Source of the DNA: the human T2T-CHM13v2.0 reference genome, Homo sapiens
NCBI RefSeq assembly: GCF_009914755.1
Contig: NC_060931.1
Length of the DNA stretch: 64,000 nucleotides
Direction: 5' to 3' (one strand)
In this document: one piece after another, positions 53,985 through 64,000 of the stretch
How positions within the stretch are numbered: the stretch's first letter is position 1
How the letters are laid out: each line of letters opens with the position of its first letter
Translations under genes and position numbers: made by a program
Notes under the pieces: model-generated
The model's database searches: none
Told to the model about the DNA's origin: nothing
What the model saw: the letters and a program-made list of their open reading frames with translations, nothing else

Positions 53985-54668
53985 AGGTGATTGTGAAAGT
54001 GGGGAGAGAAGCATTGCCTAAATATAAAACAGTGATGTTACCATCAAGTGTTGGCATCACCAGGAGCATATTTTCAGTAATGTGTGGGGTGGTGAGGTTT
54101 CCCCAATGGAACTGGTGGCCCAGATGTTTGTGCCATCTGGGCACTTAGAGCACAGAGCTTTTGCCCAGCTATTTTTGGGAAGCCCTCACAAGTTATAGTC
54201 TGGCAGTCTCTCTGAAGTCATTCAGACATTCAGATATGCATCTTTAGCCTAGTGGACACAGAGACTCATCCCACCAGTAGAAGTCCGGGTGTCTGACCTT
54301 GTAGTGTAATTAGAGGAAAATGCAAAAGATTAAAAACTTCAGTTATGATTGCTGCCTATTTTCTTATTTGGAAAAGTGCTGGATTCCCATTGCTCTTTTA
54401 TCCATTTTGCAACCTAATCGTCAAGTAAAAGAGTCAATTAAACAAATTGTTTTGCTTTTTTAAGATTCTGCCCTCTTTCCTCCTTTTCTGAACCTTTTAG
54501 ATACTTTATTTTTTCTGATCTGTCATGAAAATAAATGTAAGTTGGTCAGCATAGAGTAAATCCTAGCATCAAGCACGTTCTGACTTAGGTGGTCTGCTCA
54601 CTTCAATTTGACTCAAACTAGAAAAGAATATCTATCATTATAACCACAATGACATCCACAATTCATAC

Positions 54669-54717
54669 CTTCACAGAATTTCTTCTCATATGGAACTCCA
54701 TCTTTTGGATCGACACC
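54669..54717 (-). CDS. AOAH: AOAH coding exon (probably 10), 49 nt: GVDPKDGVPYEKKFCE(G)
   Basis: Acceptor ttttttaaag, donor gtatga; phase 0 in, phase 1 out. Confidence 0.97.
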
Positions 54718-55119
54718 CTTTAAAAAAGAAACGATGTGATTAGCAGTTTGGTTTTAAATTTATGAGATACATATACTAAAGCTCTCCTAAATGGCTTTAA
54801 AAGCACAAAGGCAAATGAGTAGATAAAACCCTTTAAAGTTTCTTAAGCCCCTAATTCAACATAGCAACGCCCTGTGCGAGCGAGTCGGGTTTGGGAGGAA
54901 CTGAGGGTGGGAGTAAAGAGAGCCAGACACTGAACCATTTCATTCAGGGAGATGCTGGGTAGGGTTCTGGGAGAGGTGCCTGGACCAGGGGTCTCACCCC
55001 TCAGAGCATGGAGGGTCCACTGAGTGACTGGACACAGGGTCTGGGCGGATTCTGCAGTCTCTGAGCTGGAGGTCTAAGTGTCCTGACATCTTCAGTACCT
55101 AAGATTGATGCTTCTAAAG

Positions 55120-55327
55120 AAGCAATTCTCAAGGGGTCCATTTTGCACATTCCTTTAGCCCCTGAGGACATTGGCAATGTCTGGAGACATTTTTTGCTGG
55201 GGGAGCTACTGGCATCTAGTGGATAGAGGTCAGGGATACTGCTAAATATCCTCCAGTTTGCAAGACAGCTCCAACAACAAAGAATTATCCAACCCAAACA
55301 TCAATAGTGCCCAGATTAAGAAACCTG
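55120..55327 (+). mobile_element. MER20 hAT MITE
   Basis: ggacattggcaatgtctggagacatttt...ctactggcatctagtggatagagg...aagaattatcc. Confidence 0.85.
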
Positions 55328-56208
55328 GAAGTAACATTGGGCCTGTGAATGGGACTGAATTGGCACAGCTGGGACATCCTAAAACCTAAACTTAAAGCTA
55401 CCCCTTAGTGGAGCTGCTAGTCCTTGGAAGGATTATTCATAGTATTCCAAGATGAAAGCACTTGCTGATCAGAGATGTGTTAACAAGAGTGTGCTCACTC
55501 TCCAGTCTTGAGAGCTCCCCATGCCCATTAAAACATGAAAGAACCTATTAACATCACACTCAACCCTGGGGTCCCTGGGACACAGTATGGGCAAGATTGG
55601 ACTTCATGGTAAGACTCCCTCTGAGTTTATGATGTTGTGGTTCTGTGAGTGGTGTTTCCTCTGTGGAAGGGGATAGGTATGAAAGTGATATGTCCTTCTC
55701 CCATCACTGATGATGAGCTCTGCATCTTGCCTCCCTGAGCTCATGGTGGATTTCCATTGATCTAGTACAGTCTCTCACTTGGCCTTCCTCCTTATATGGG
55801 TGACACACCATATCTGAGGCCTGGGTGGGACCATGGAACGAAGACAGGGCATCACACATTGATTAGTCTCCTTTGTCCTCCAACATGACAACTAAACCTG
55901 GGTTTTTCAGAACAAGAGCTGACTTGGGGATCTTGTCACCTTAAGCTCTAGGGGAGATGTCTTCTTGTTCTCCATGAAAAGTCAGAGTGACTAGCGGATA
56001 GGGTAGGTGGTGTGGGCTGGGGCACAGCTGTCTCTCATGCTTTCCATATCCTAGAGGCCATGGGACTGGAAAGCATGCAGTAGGTGACTGTTGGTGCAAG
56101 CCTGGACTATGAGTGTCCTGAAGAGAGGAAAATATTTACAGAAACTTTTTCTTCTTCATTGAAGCAGATAAATTAAGCAACTCTTTAGAGGCAATTTAGA
56201 CAATTTAT

Positions 56209-56282
56209 TTAGGTAGGTGTGAAAATAATTGCAGTTTTTGCCGTTAATTACAAAAACTGCAATTACTTTTGCACCAACATAA
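56209..56282. mobile_element. MADE1 (Hsmar1-derived MITE)
   Basis: Palindromic ttaggtaggtgtgaaaataattgcagtttttg...caaaaactgcaattacttttgcaccaacataa. Confidence 0.9.
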
Positions 56283-57152
56283 TATCTTGAAGTTAGGGAA
56301 TCTTAAGCTTCAGGGCCCATCACAGCCCCTGCCCATGTGAGTACTGGGAGTGACTGGGAGCAATAGAGTATTCTAGGTGGAGAGGGGAGGCCAGAACATG
56401 TTTCCATGTAAACAGTTCTGGTAAACCAGAAATGAGATCTCAAAAGAAAGGGAACTGAATTTCTGAGACTCCAGGAATTTGTTAAGATTTCTGTGATTGT
56501 TTTAAAAATTATTCATTTTCCTATTTGATTTTGTATTTTTAAGTAGATATTCTTTTTTTCATGAGGAACCCTCAAATCTTGTAAGCTTAACACCCCACAA
56601 ACTTAAGCCTGTTGCTGTGTTAGTTTGGCTTTCCTCTTTTCTTCCCTTTTCTTTCCCCGGGAGCTGCAAATCCATTATTCATAGGAAACTAGGACACCAG
56701 CATTAAACGCCTCAAGGTGTGAGTGGTCGGGTAAATACTGAGTAATTTCTGCTCTGCCCGGCTAGGCTTATGAAACAGAAAAAAAAAAATGGCTGCAACA
56801 AAATAAGGACAGCATGTGGTTTGCTCCAACAGCTGTGTGGGTTGCTGTAAAACTTTGTTAACACCACTCTTCATTTAATTTCACACTGTTCAAAACAGTA
56901 TAAAGGGATTAGATGTGGGTGACCTTAAGCAAGGCTTAAAGGGGCCATGACTGAGAAAGCCTCAACTCTCATGACATCATTGACACTCTTCATGCATCAT
57001 CAGGATTCTATACCCCTCTTCTAAGCAGCAGGAAAAGAGTTGCTTTAGGCTGTCATAGTCTTCCCTGGATCTAACTAAAGCAAATATGTGATGAGCTTTA
57101 GGGGAGGGAGGAACAAAGGAGAATGGGGTTCAAGCTGAATTTAGTTGCTTAC

Positions 57153-57201
57153 CCAAATGCCATTACAGTTTGAATCCTGATGGACATCCCAGTTGTTCGG
57201 C
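57153..57201 (-). CDS. AOAH: AOAH coding exon (probably 9), 49 nt: (R)PNNWDVHQDSNCNGIW
   Basis: Acceptor tttttcttag, donor gtaagc; phase 2 in, phase 0 out. Confidence 0.97.
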
Positions 57202-57268
57202 CTAAGAAAAAAACATTAACATTGGTCTTTGACATATGCTTGTCTCTCAGTGGATGTCAGTTTCATGC

Positions 57269-57295
57269 ATGAATGAATGAATGAATGAATGAATG
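57269..57295. repeat. (ATGA)n microsatellite
   Basis: Directly visible, about 70 nt upstream of the exon 9 acceptor. Confidence 0.9.
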
Positions 57296-58081
57296 CTACA
57301 CGAAGTGCCATGGAGAGACAACAGCATTCTTCATGGAATAGCATCACATCCCATTGTGTGTTGTGACATCAGAAGCCTCCATTCAGCTTCCTTGCTTTAA
57401 CCTTGGTTTGGGATATTTGCCGGAAGCTCCGGACCAAATCCTGTCTTTTTCATCATTGACTATATTCATGGACCGCATTGTTGTGGAATGGTGCCGATGA
57501 ACATAATGAACAAATCTGCATCCCATTGTGCCCCTAAATGCCCAAATAACTGGTTTATTTAATGCTTTGACACTATAGTCACAACAAAGGCGAGGGCTAG
57601 CATATCTGTTTTTTGATACCAGAGATGCAATTGAACCTCAGCCCAGGGCTAATATATGACATGTTTTCCATTCATTAGAGGCTTCTCCTTACTCCCGGAG
57701 GGAGAGGCCACTATTTCTGGGCCCAATTCTGCACGGAGAACTGATACAGAAGGCTGGATAAGTGTCTACAATAAGATAATCTGTTCACTTGATTGTTTTT
57801 CCCACTTGACTGTAAGCTCCAGAAGAGGAGGCATATTTCTGTTTTGTTTACCACCCAGCACGATGCAAAGTACTTGGCAAATTGTAGGTCCCTGATAAGC
57901 ATTTCTCGGACAAACGAACGAATGAATGCCGTTCTTTTTTCACTGAGCTTTACTTCAATCGGAACATGAAAATCTCTTCTCTCTGTAAGTGGGAATCCCC
58001 TAGGCTGGGGGAAGGAAATGTGCCTCCTGCTTCCTTTTCTGAAGATAATTTTAAAAATCAGCAACCAGCAGAAATAGTTAC

Positions 58082-58152
58082 CTTCTACCTGGGTACACTG
58101 ACTCGTCGCTGTCATTACAGTCTCTCCCCCGCCAGTGATAGCCCCGCAGTGT
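58082..58152 (-). CDS. AOAH: AOAH coding exon (probably 8), 71 nt: TLRGYHWRGRDCNDSDESVYPGR(R)
   Basis: Acceptor tttcag, donor gtaact; manual translation is in frame with neighbours. Confidence 0.97.
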
Positions 58153-58372
58153 CTGAAATTGAAGAGCACACACAGGAGGGGTTCAGCCTGCTTTGATGTT
58201 ATCCACGAGGAAGGCTAATCAGAGTTGTCTGAATGGCATTGACATCCACAGTTTTTAATTCAGATTCAATCTAGGATCACTAAAGAGCACTAAGAAAATT
58301 AAGATTAATATGATAAGACATGCTGCGTGAGTGACATGTAATATAACACTAGGGCCAATATCAGGTGGTAGG

Positions 58373-58592
58373 GTGTGTGCATGTGTGTGCATATGTGAAT
58401 GTATGTGTGTGTGTGTGACATTAAGTGCGTGCTTGTATGTGCATGTGTGGGGGTGCATTGTGTGAATGTGAATGTGTATGTATGGGGGCACGTGTATATG
58501 CATGTGTGTGTTTATGTGTATTCATATTGTAGATGTGTGTGCATGTACACACGTGTGTTTGTGTGAATATGTGTTTGCTCATGTATGTGTGT
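58373..58592. repeat. Degenerate (TG)n/(CATG) alternating purine-pyrimidine tract
   Basis: Directly visible; explains the His/Thr-rich and Cys/Val-rich spurious ORFs. Confidence 0.9.
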
Positions 58593-59110
58593 CTACAAGC
58601 ACCTCCAGAAACAGCAGACCCATCCAACTTCCCAAAAACCCTCTACTAACCATCAGTCCTCTCTGGCTGTAAAACAATTGGCTTATTTGGCCAAATGATT
58701 AATTTCATTGGATAATTTAAAAGTCTCTAGCCAAATGGTTAATTATGCAGGTTTAAATATTTGACCTGAATGATGTGAATCAAGAGTTATAATAATGCCA
58801 GATAATATTTTTATTTCCTCCATCCCCAAGTAGAATATCTGAGATTTCCCAAACTTTTGGGACTTTGTGACATGTTACTTGCTTGTTGGTTTTCACAGGG
58901 AATACCCTGACATTTTAACTGTTCTGAATCAAACGCACACACACACACACGTTAAAAAGTAAGTTAACGTAGATTTAAGAAGTTCCAAAATAATTCACAA
59001 AACCTTTCAAGGCAACCATAGCCCCCATGGAGACTTCCAGCTGGGAATGGCAACAAAACCAGTCTGGGCCTAAGATTTACTTCAATGCCTTGTGTATCAT
59101 CACAATGCTA

Positions 59111-59427
<317 letters not shown>

Positions 59428-59561
59428 TTGTGAAATGATGTGTTGTTCATCAAATTAATAATGCATTCAAATGAAATTCAGTCTTGTCTTATTAAAGGAA
59501 AGAAATGTGTAGGAAGCAATGTGATGTTAGTGAACATCTGGTTATTCCTAACAATACTTAC

Positions 59562-59622
59562 TGGGAAAACGCTGTATTTGTCTGAATCCACATCTTTGAA
59601 TGGCACAGACTGTTCCATAGCT
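59562..59622 (-). CDS. AOAH: AOAH coding exon (probably 7), 61 nt: (L)AMEQSVPFKDVDSDKYSVFP
   Basis: Acceptor ttcctag, donor gtaagt; phase 2 in, phase 0 out; peptide inside ORF 59478..59789. Confidence 0.97.
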
Positions 59623-60288
59623 CTAGGAAAAAGAAAACAAAACAATCGGTGAGCTAACAAAAAAAGTAACAGTGTTGGTGAAAACAAATAGAGAGACATT
59701 TTCTGATACAGCTCTGTTGAGTTTATGCCACAGAGGGCCATTCTAAACAGAAAATTAAGATCCTGTGTGGTGTCAGACAGAGCCAGCAAAACTTTGCCAA
59801 TCTCTGCTCTTTACCCAACAGAACTGTTTTCTGTCTGATATTAACTTGGCCTGTATGAGGAAGTGAAATAATTGAAGTGAAATTTTAAAGGGCAAGGGGT
59901 ATTGATGTTGAGATTCCCAGGAAATATGAGACTGCACTTTGAGTTCAGTCAATGAACTCAGCACTACAAATTGAATTTTTGCCATTTTGCACATTGTTAT
60001 AGAAATCTTTTCTTAAAATTTTACTCTTTTCAATCACTTATCCTGAGAATCTTGACCATTTAGCTGATATTAGCTGGCAACTTTCACTCCCATTCATGAG
60101 TCTTGGAAGCCAAGGACCCTGATGTGATGACGAAATAAATTGATGCCAAAGCCATGGACATCCCATGAGGGAGGATTTCCCCTGTGGAATCCTCACCACC
60201 AGACTTTTCCCAGCTTCTCAATGTCAAAGACTGCCTTGGGTTTAGAAAATCACTTACACAGTAGCAGAATAATGCAGTCATATGGCAA

Positions 60289-60630
60289 TGAGGCAGGAAA
60301 ATAGGGTCTGGAGGCAGGAAACATAAGGCCGATTCACACTTCAGCTATAACAGGAAATATCCTCTCCATAGGGCATACGCTGTAAATGACTTTGTAACTT
60401 TACTTCATCTTCATCCTCTTCATTTACATAGGGCATACCCCAAGTAGAGGATATTTAAACTCACAAAAACTCTGTAATAGGGCCTTTGAGCCCCTATTCT
60501 CAGGCCTGCTTCTACACTGTAGAGTGCACTTTCATTTTCTATAAATCCCTTCATTCCTTCCTTGCTTTGTGCATTTCATCCAATTCTTTGTTCAAGATGC
60601 CAAGAACCTGGACACCCTCCACCATTAATG
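60289..60630 (+). mobile_element. ERV1 solo LTR MER61-like
   Basis: tgaggcaggaaaatagggtctggaggcagg...ccaagaacctggacaccctccacc; perfect 4-bp TSD gcaa; terminal CA reads TG. Confidence 0.85.
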
Positions 60631-60829
60631 GCAAGATGAGGCTTTCTTTGGAGCCGAGAATTTACAGTGAGTAACACAACCTTTTATAGGAATCACTAAA
60701 TGGTCTTTTGAATAAAGAGCATCTCAACAGTTCTGAGAACCTCAAGGCAAATAAATGCAACCCAAGACCATGCAGAGCCTAAATGGCAGCCTGGAGCCTG
60801 TCTTATGAACTCTGGGATGGGACAGAAGT

Positions 60830-61390
60830 TCAGCTTACAGGCCTCTTTGGTCAAACACTGGAGGGCACTGTGCTGGTTATATTAGCTTCTATGGCTCTAC
60901 AGCCTGTATTCTACTCTATACTTTTGGGGCTGGGAATTTTGCAAAATATACTTACCAGGTTCCCTTGGGAACTGGAGCTGGCACTGGTGGCAAGAGAGAG
61001 CAGGAGGAGGAGCGGAGAAGTTGGTTTCCCGCTCTGTCTTTCTCTCTCTGGATGTTCCCTTCAGTGACTCTACCTCTAGCCACAGTGGGCCCTCCTGAGG
61101 GTCCCAGCACCCGTGGGTGACCCCTTATCCATGGCTCCAGGACTGGCCAACGTGGCCTCTTGTTTTGCCCCCAGCAACCCCGCAGCAAGTGGCCTCCCAA
61201 GCCTGAGAACACCAACTCCTCCCTTTTGCTTCTTCTGTCCCCCTAGGGATGCTGGTTGCCTCCTGCAGTCCTCATAACCGGGGGGCCTTGCCTTCCTCTT
61301 TTTACTGTTTCAGCCTTTTTAGCACTTTTTAAACTGGTACCTTATATTAAATCCTCCTTGCACAGCTCTGTTTCCTGACTGGACCACTGA
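60830..61390 (+). mobile_element. Old ERVL LTR (LTR33-like)
   Basis: tattaaatcc...ctgtttcctgactggacc 3' motif; weak. Confidence 0.4.
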
Positions 61391-61644
61391 GAGGAGGACC
61401 CTGGGATGAGTGAGTGCTGGTTAGGGTAGGGAAAAGTAGGGAGTGTGGGGAGTCAATAGCCACTTAGTGGACCTAATGAAGAGGGAGCTGCAAGCTGATG
61501 TCTCATCACTAGTCCTTCCTACATTCCTGCCCTGGGGGACAGGGGAGGCTGGATCCCTGAAAGGACAAGGCAGCAGGCTCCCTCTTAGTGTCTCCAAGAA
61601 GAATTATCCTTTTGAATTCAAGTGCTCTTGCCAGATACTGAGTT

Positions 61645-61880
61645 GAGCATGGTGGTTCAGTAAAGACTCTGGAGTCAGTTGGAGTCACTGCTCCATCCAC
61701 CGCTTCCTCACCAGCTCGGCAATTCTCAGAAGTTTATTTAACCTCCCTGAGCCTCATTTTTAAATCTGTAAAATGTGATTCCTGCCAGCTCCCTCACAGG
61801 GTTTATTGGGAGGATTAAGGGAAACCACATGAAAAGCCCCCAGTATTGGTCCTCACAAAGTGCTTGCAGCTGTGATTATG
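61645..61880 (+). mobile_element. MIR SINE
   Basis: aagactctggagtcag...tttaacctccctgagcctc...ctgtaaaatg. Confidence 0.75.
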
Positions 61881-63143
61881 AGTGCCTGCTGTCCGAAAGA
61901 GGAAATTCACCTCCCCCTTCCATTTGGGGTGGGGTGGGTTGAACAAGGCCAGAGAGAGAGCCACCAGCAGGAAATTAGAAACGTTCTACTTGCTGACTCC
62001 ACACATCCACACTTACAGGAAAAGTGAGAACCAGCCTTGGGGAAGGTGGAAGATTGTCCAGGAACAGTTCAGGTGTGGGCTGTAGCCAAATTCCACCCCC
62101 ATGATCACCCACACCTTGATTTTCCCATGGTGGGAGCGGAGGGGAATGAAGCTTCCCGAGTGGGCTCAGAGGCTGTGACGCTGCTCTCCCTTATGCAGGA
62201 GAGAAGCTAGGGCAAGATCATCCTTGGGATCCTTCCTGCTCTGATGCTCCAGGGTTTCTAGATCCACCCCATCCCTTGTCTACTCTGAACTACAAATGGT
62301 TTTCTCTCACTTTAATCATCTGTCAAGAAATGCGGAAAAAGCTTGGACCAAATGACTTGCAGTCATCCAACATCAGCTGTGACTCTTAAGAAAAGTTTTG
62401 GAAAAGGCTTTGAAGGTCACATTTTCTGTGAGACTAGGCAGTTTTCCCCATGTATGTATTTGGCCTCTTGGACAGCGTGTATTTTTCTAGTTGAGAAAAG
62501 GAAGATAAAGAAAGAGAGCAAGAGCAAGAGACAAAGACAGACAGATCAACAGAGAGAGAGAGAGAGAAAGAGACAGAAATGACGTAGACCCAAACAGCCA
62601 TATTTTCAGCCTGAGAAAGAAAAAGGAGCTGCAGGAAAGGTCCCGTTTGGGCATGTGCCAAAGCTATCCCCTCCCACCTTTGTTATCTTGGGGGTGAGAG
62701 TTTGTCCTTGAAAGAAGGAACAAAGAGTGGTCTTTAAGATTGGAAAGCTGATTTATTAACCTTTGTCTGCTTACTTTAAAGGCCCCAAGTGACTGGCCAA
62801 AGCCATGCATTCTAGACATGAGTGGGTAGACTGGGTACTCAGAGTAGCATAAATTGCAACTTGTGTAATCTCCACAATCCCTTCTTCACAGCCCACTAAT
62901 CAAAATTTTTTTCAACTTAGCAACAACTTCATTTGGTAGCAAAACTTGACCTGAACTGATATAGGGCAATTCGTAAGCTTTATCATACTTAGTGTGAAAA
63001 TTCATATATTTCACTCTGAAATATAAATGTGATTGATCAAGAGGTGCCAGGGATAGCAGGTGGGTTATGGTATATGCATTATTGATTATTTTACTAGAAT
63101 ATAAAAAACCTGAATTTCAAATCATATCTGGCTCCAAGGCTTC

Positions 63144-63290
63144 TTGTTTGTTTGTTTTTGTGTTTGTTTTTATAGAGACGGGGTCTTGCTCTGTTGCCCA
63201 GGCTGGTCTTTAGCTCCTGACCTTAAGTGGTTGTTCCACTCTGGTCTCCCAAAATGGTGAGATTACAGGCATGAGGCAATGTGCCCGGCA
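63144..63290 (-). mobile_element. Alu monomer (FLAM-like) within a Tigger-like relic (about 62870-63325)
   Basis: Single reverse monomer with TSD ctccaagg(c/t)tt. Confidence 0.8.
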
Positions 63291-63404
63291 ACTCCAAGGT
63301 TTTGAATAAGACATTGTTGACTTTACTAAAAATTATTTCTGCAGAATTGCATCTGAACTTGATACCTTATGTATCCTTAGAAATATCTAGCTGTATGTTG
63401 AAAT

Positions 63405-63920
63405 GTTCATTCATTCATTCCTTCATTCCACAGGCATTTTGGGAGTCCCTGCTGTGTGCTGGGAATCATATTAGATACCAGAGATGAGTACAAGATACAG
63501 TTCCTACAGTTCCTGCAATTTAGGAGCTTGACATGGGTAAGGAAATTAATGCATCAAAAGATAACTATAGTCCTGGGTGAAAAATGCTGTAAGCGGGTTG
63601 TGCATGTAGAGAGGAAAAAAACGTTTCTAACTCTGTATAGCAGAAGAAGTGATCTTAAGGTGAAAGCTAAAGGATGAGACAGCATTTTCAAGGCAAGCAA
63701 TTGGACTGAGGACAGCGTAGTGGGAAGGAAAAGCCACGGGAATTCTTTCAACGTAGCTCCGGGTTCTGAAATTAGATTCTCTGGGTTTGAATCCCAGTTC
63801 TGCTGTCTCCTTGTCAGGTGACCTTATGCAAATTATTTAATCTTTTTGTGCCTCAGTTTTCTCATTGGTAAAGTAGAATCAATATCATTAACTATTTCTT
63901 AGACATGGAAAGCACTCAAA
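63405..63920. mobile_element. L2 fragment (minus) followed by MIR (plus)
   Basis: (TTCA)n L2 tail, then ctgggtttgaatcccagttctg...gtgcctcagttttctc. Confidence 0.7.
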
Positions 63921-64000
63921 AAAAAAACAAAACAAAACACATGAGCTCTTACTTCATGTGCAATGGGAACCCTGATTGCAAGGATGGCTCCTCGGGAGGG

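Noticed and set aside
58255-58672. His-rich and Cys/Val-rich ORFs
   Set aside because: Artefacts of the TG/CA low-complexity tract.
59621-59626. Tandem AG at the exon-7 acceptor (tag|AG)
   Set aside because: 2-nt offset rather than NAGNAG; only the upstream AG keeps the frame.

Overview
Human (primate) genomic DNA from the middle of AOAH (acyloxyacyl hydrolase, the LPS-deacylating GDSL/SGNH lipase), transcribed on the minus strand. Seven short coding exons (61, 71, 49, 49, 95, 92 and 83 nt; 500 nt total, probably exons 7-13) splice in frame with canonical GT-AG sites and include the acidic Ca-binding segment and the catalytic G-D-S exon. The rest is intron, rich in Alu, L1, L2, MIR, LTR (MER50, MER34, MST/MLT1, MLT2A1, MER61) and DNA-transposon relics (Charlie1a, MER53, MER58A, MER20, MER94, Zaphod, MADE1). 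Repeat family names and exon numbers are from recalled sequences, not a database search. I see no evidence of a new multi-gene system. The best second-look items are a palindrome cluster with paired RORE-type sites, a 57-bp duplication carrying a CTCF-like motif, a possible intronic-polyadenylation isoform ending after the catalytic exon, cryptic exon candidates, a sense MLT2A1 LTR with an intact donor, and a tailless 5S rRNA retrocopy.
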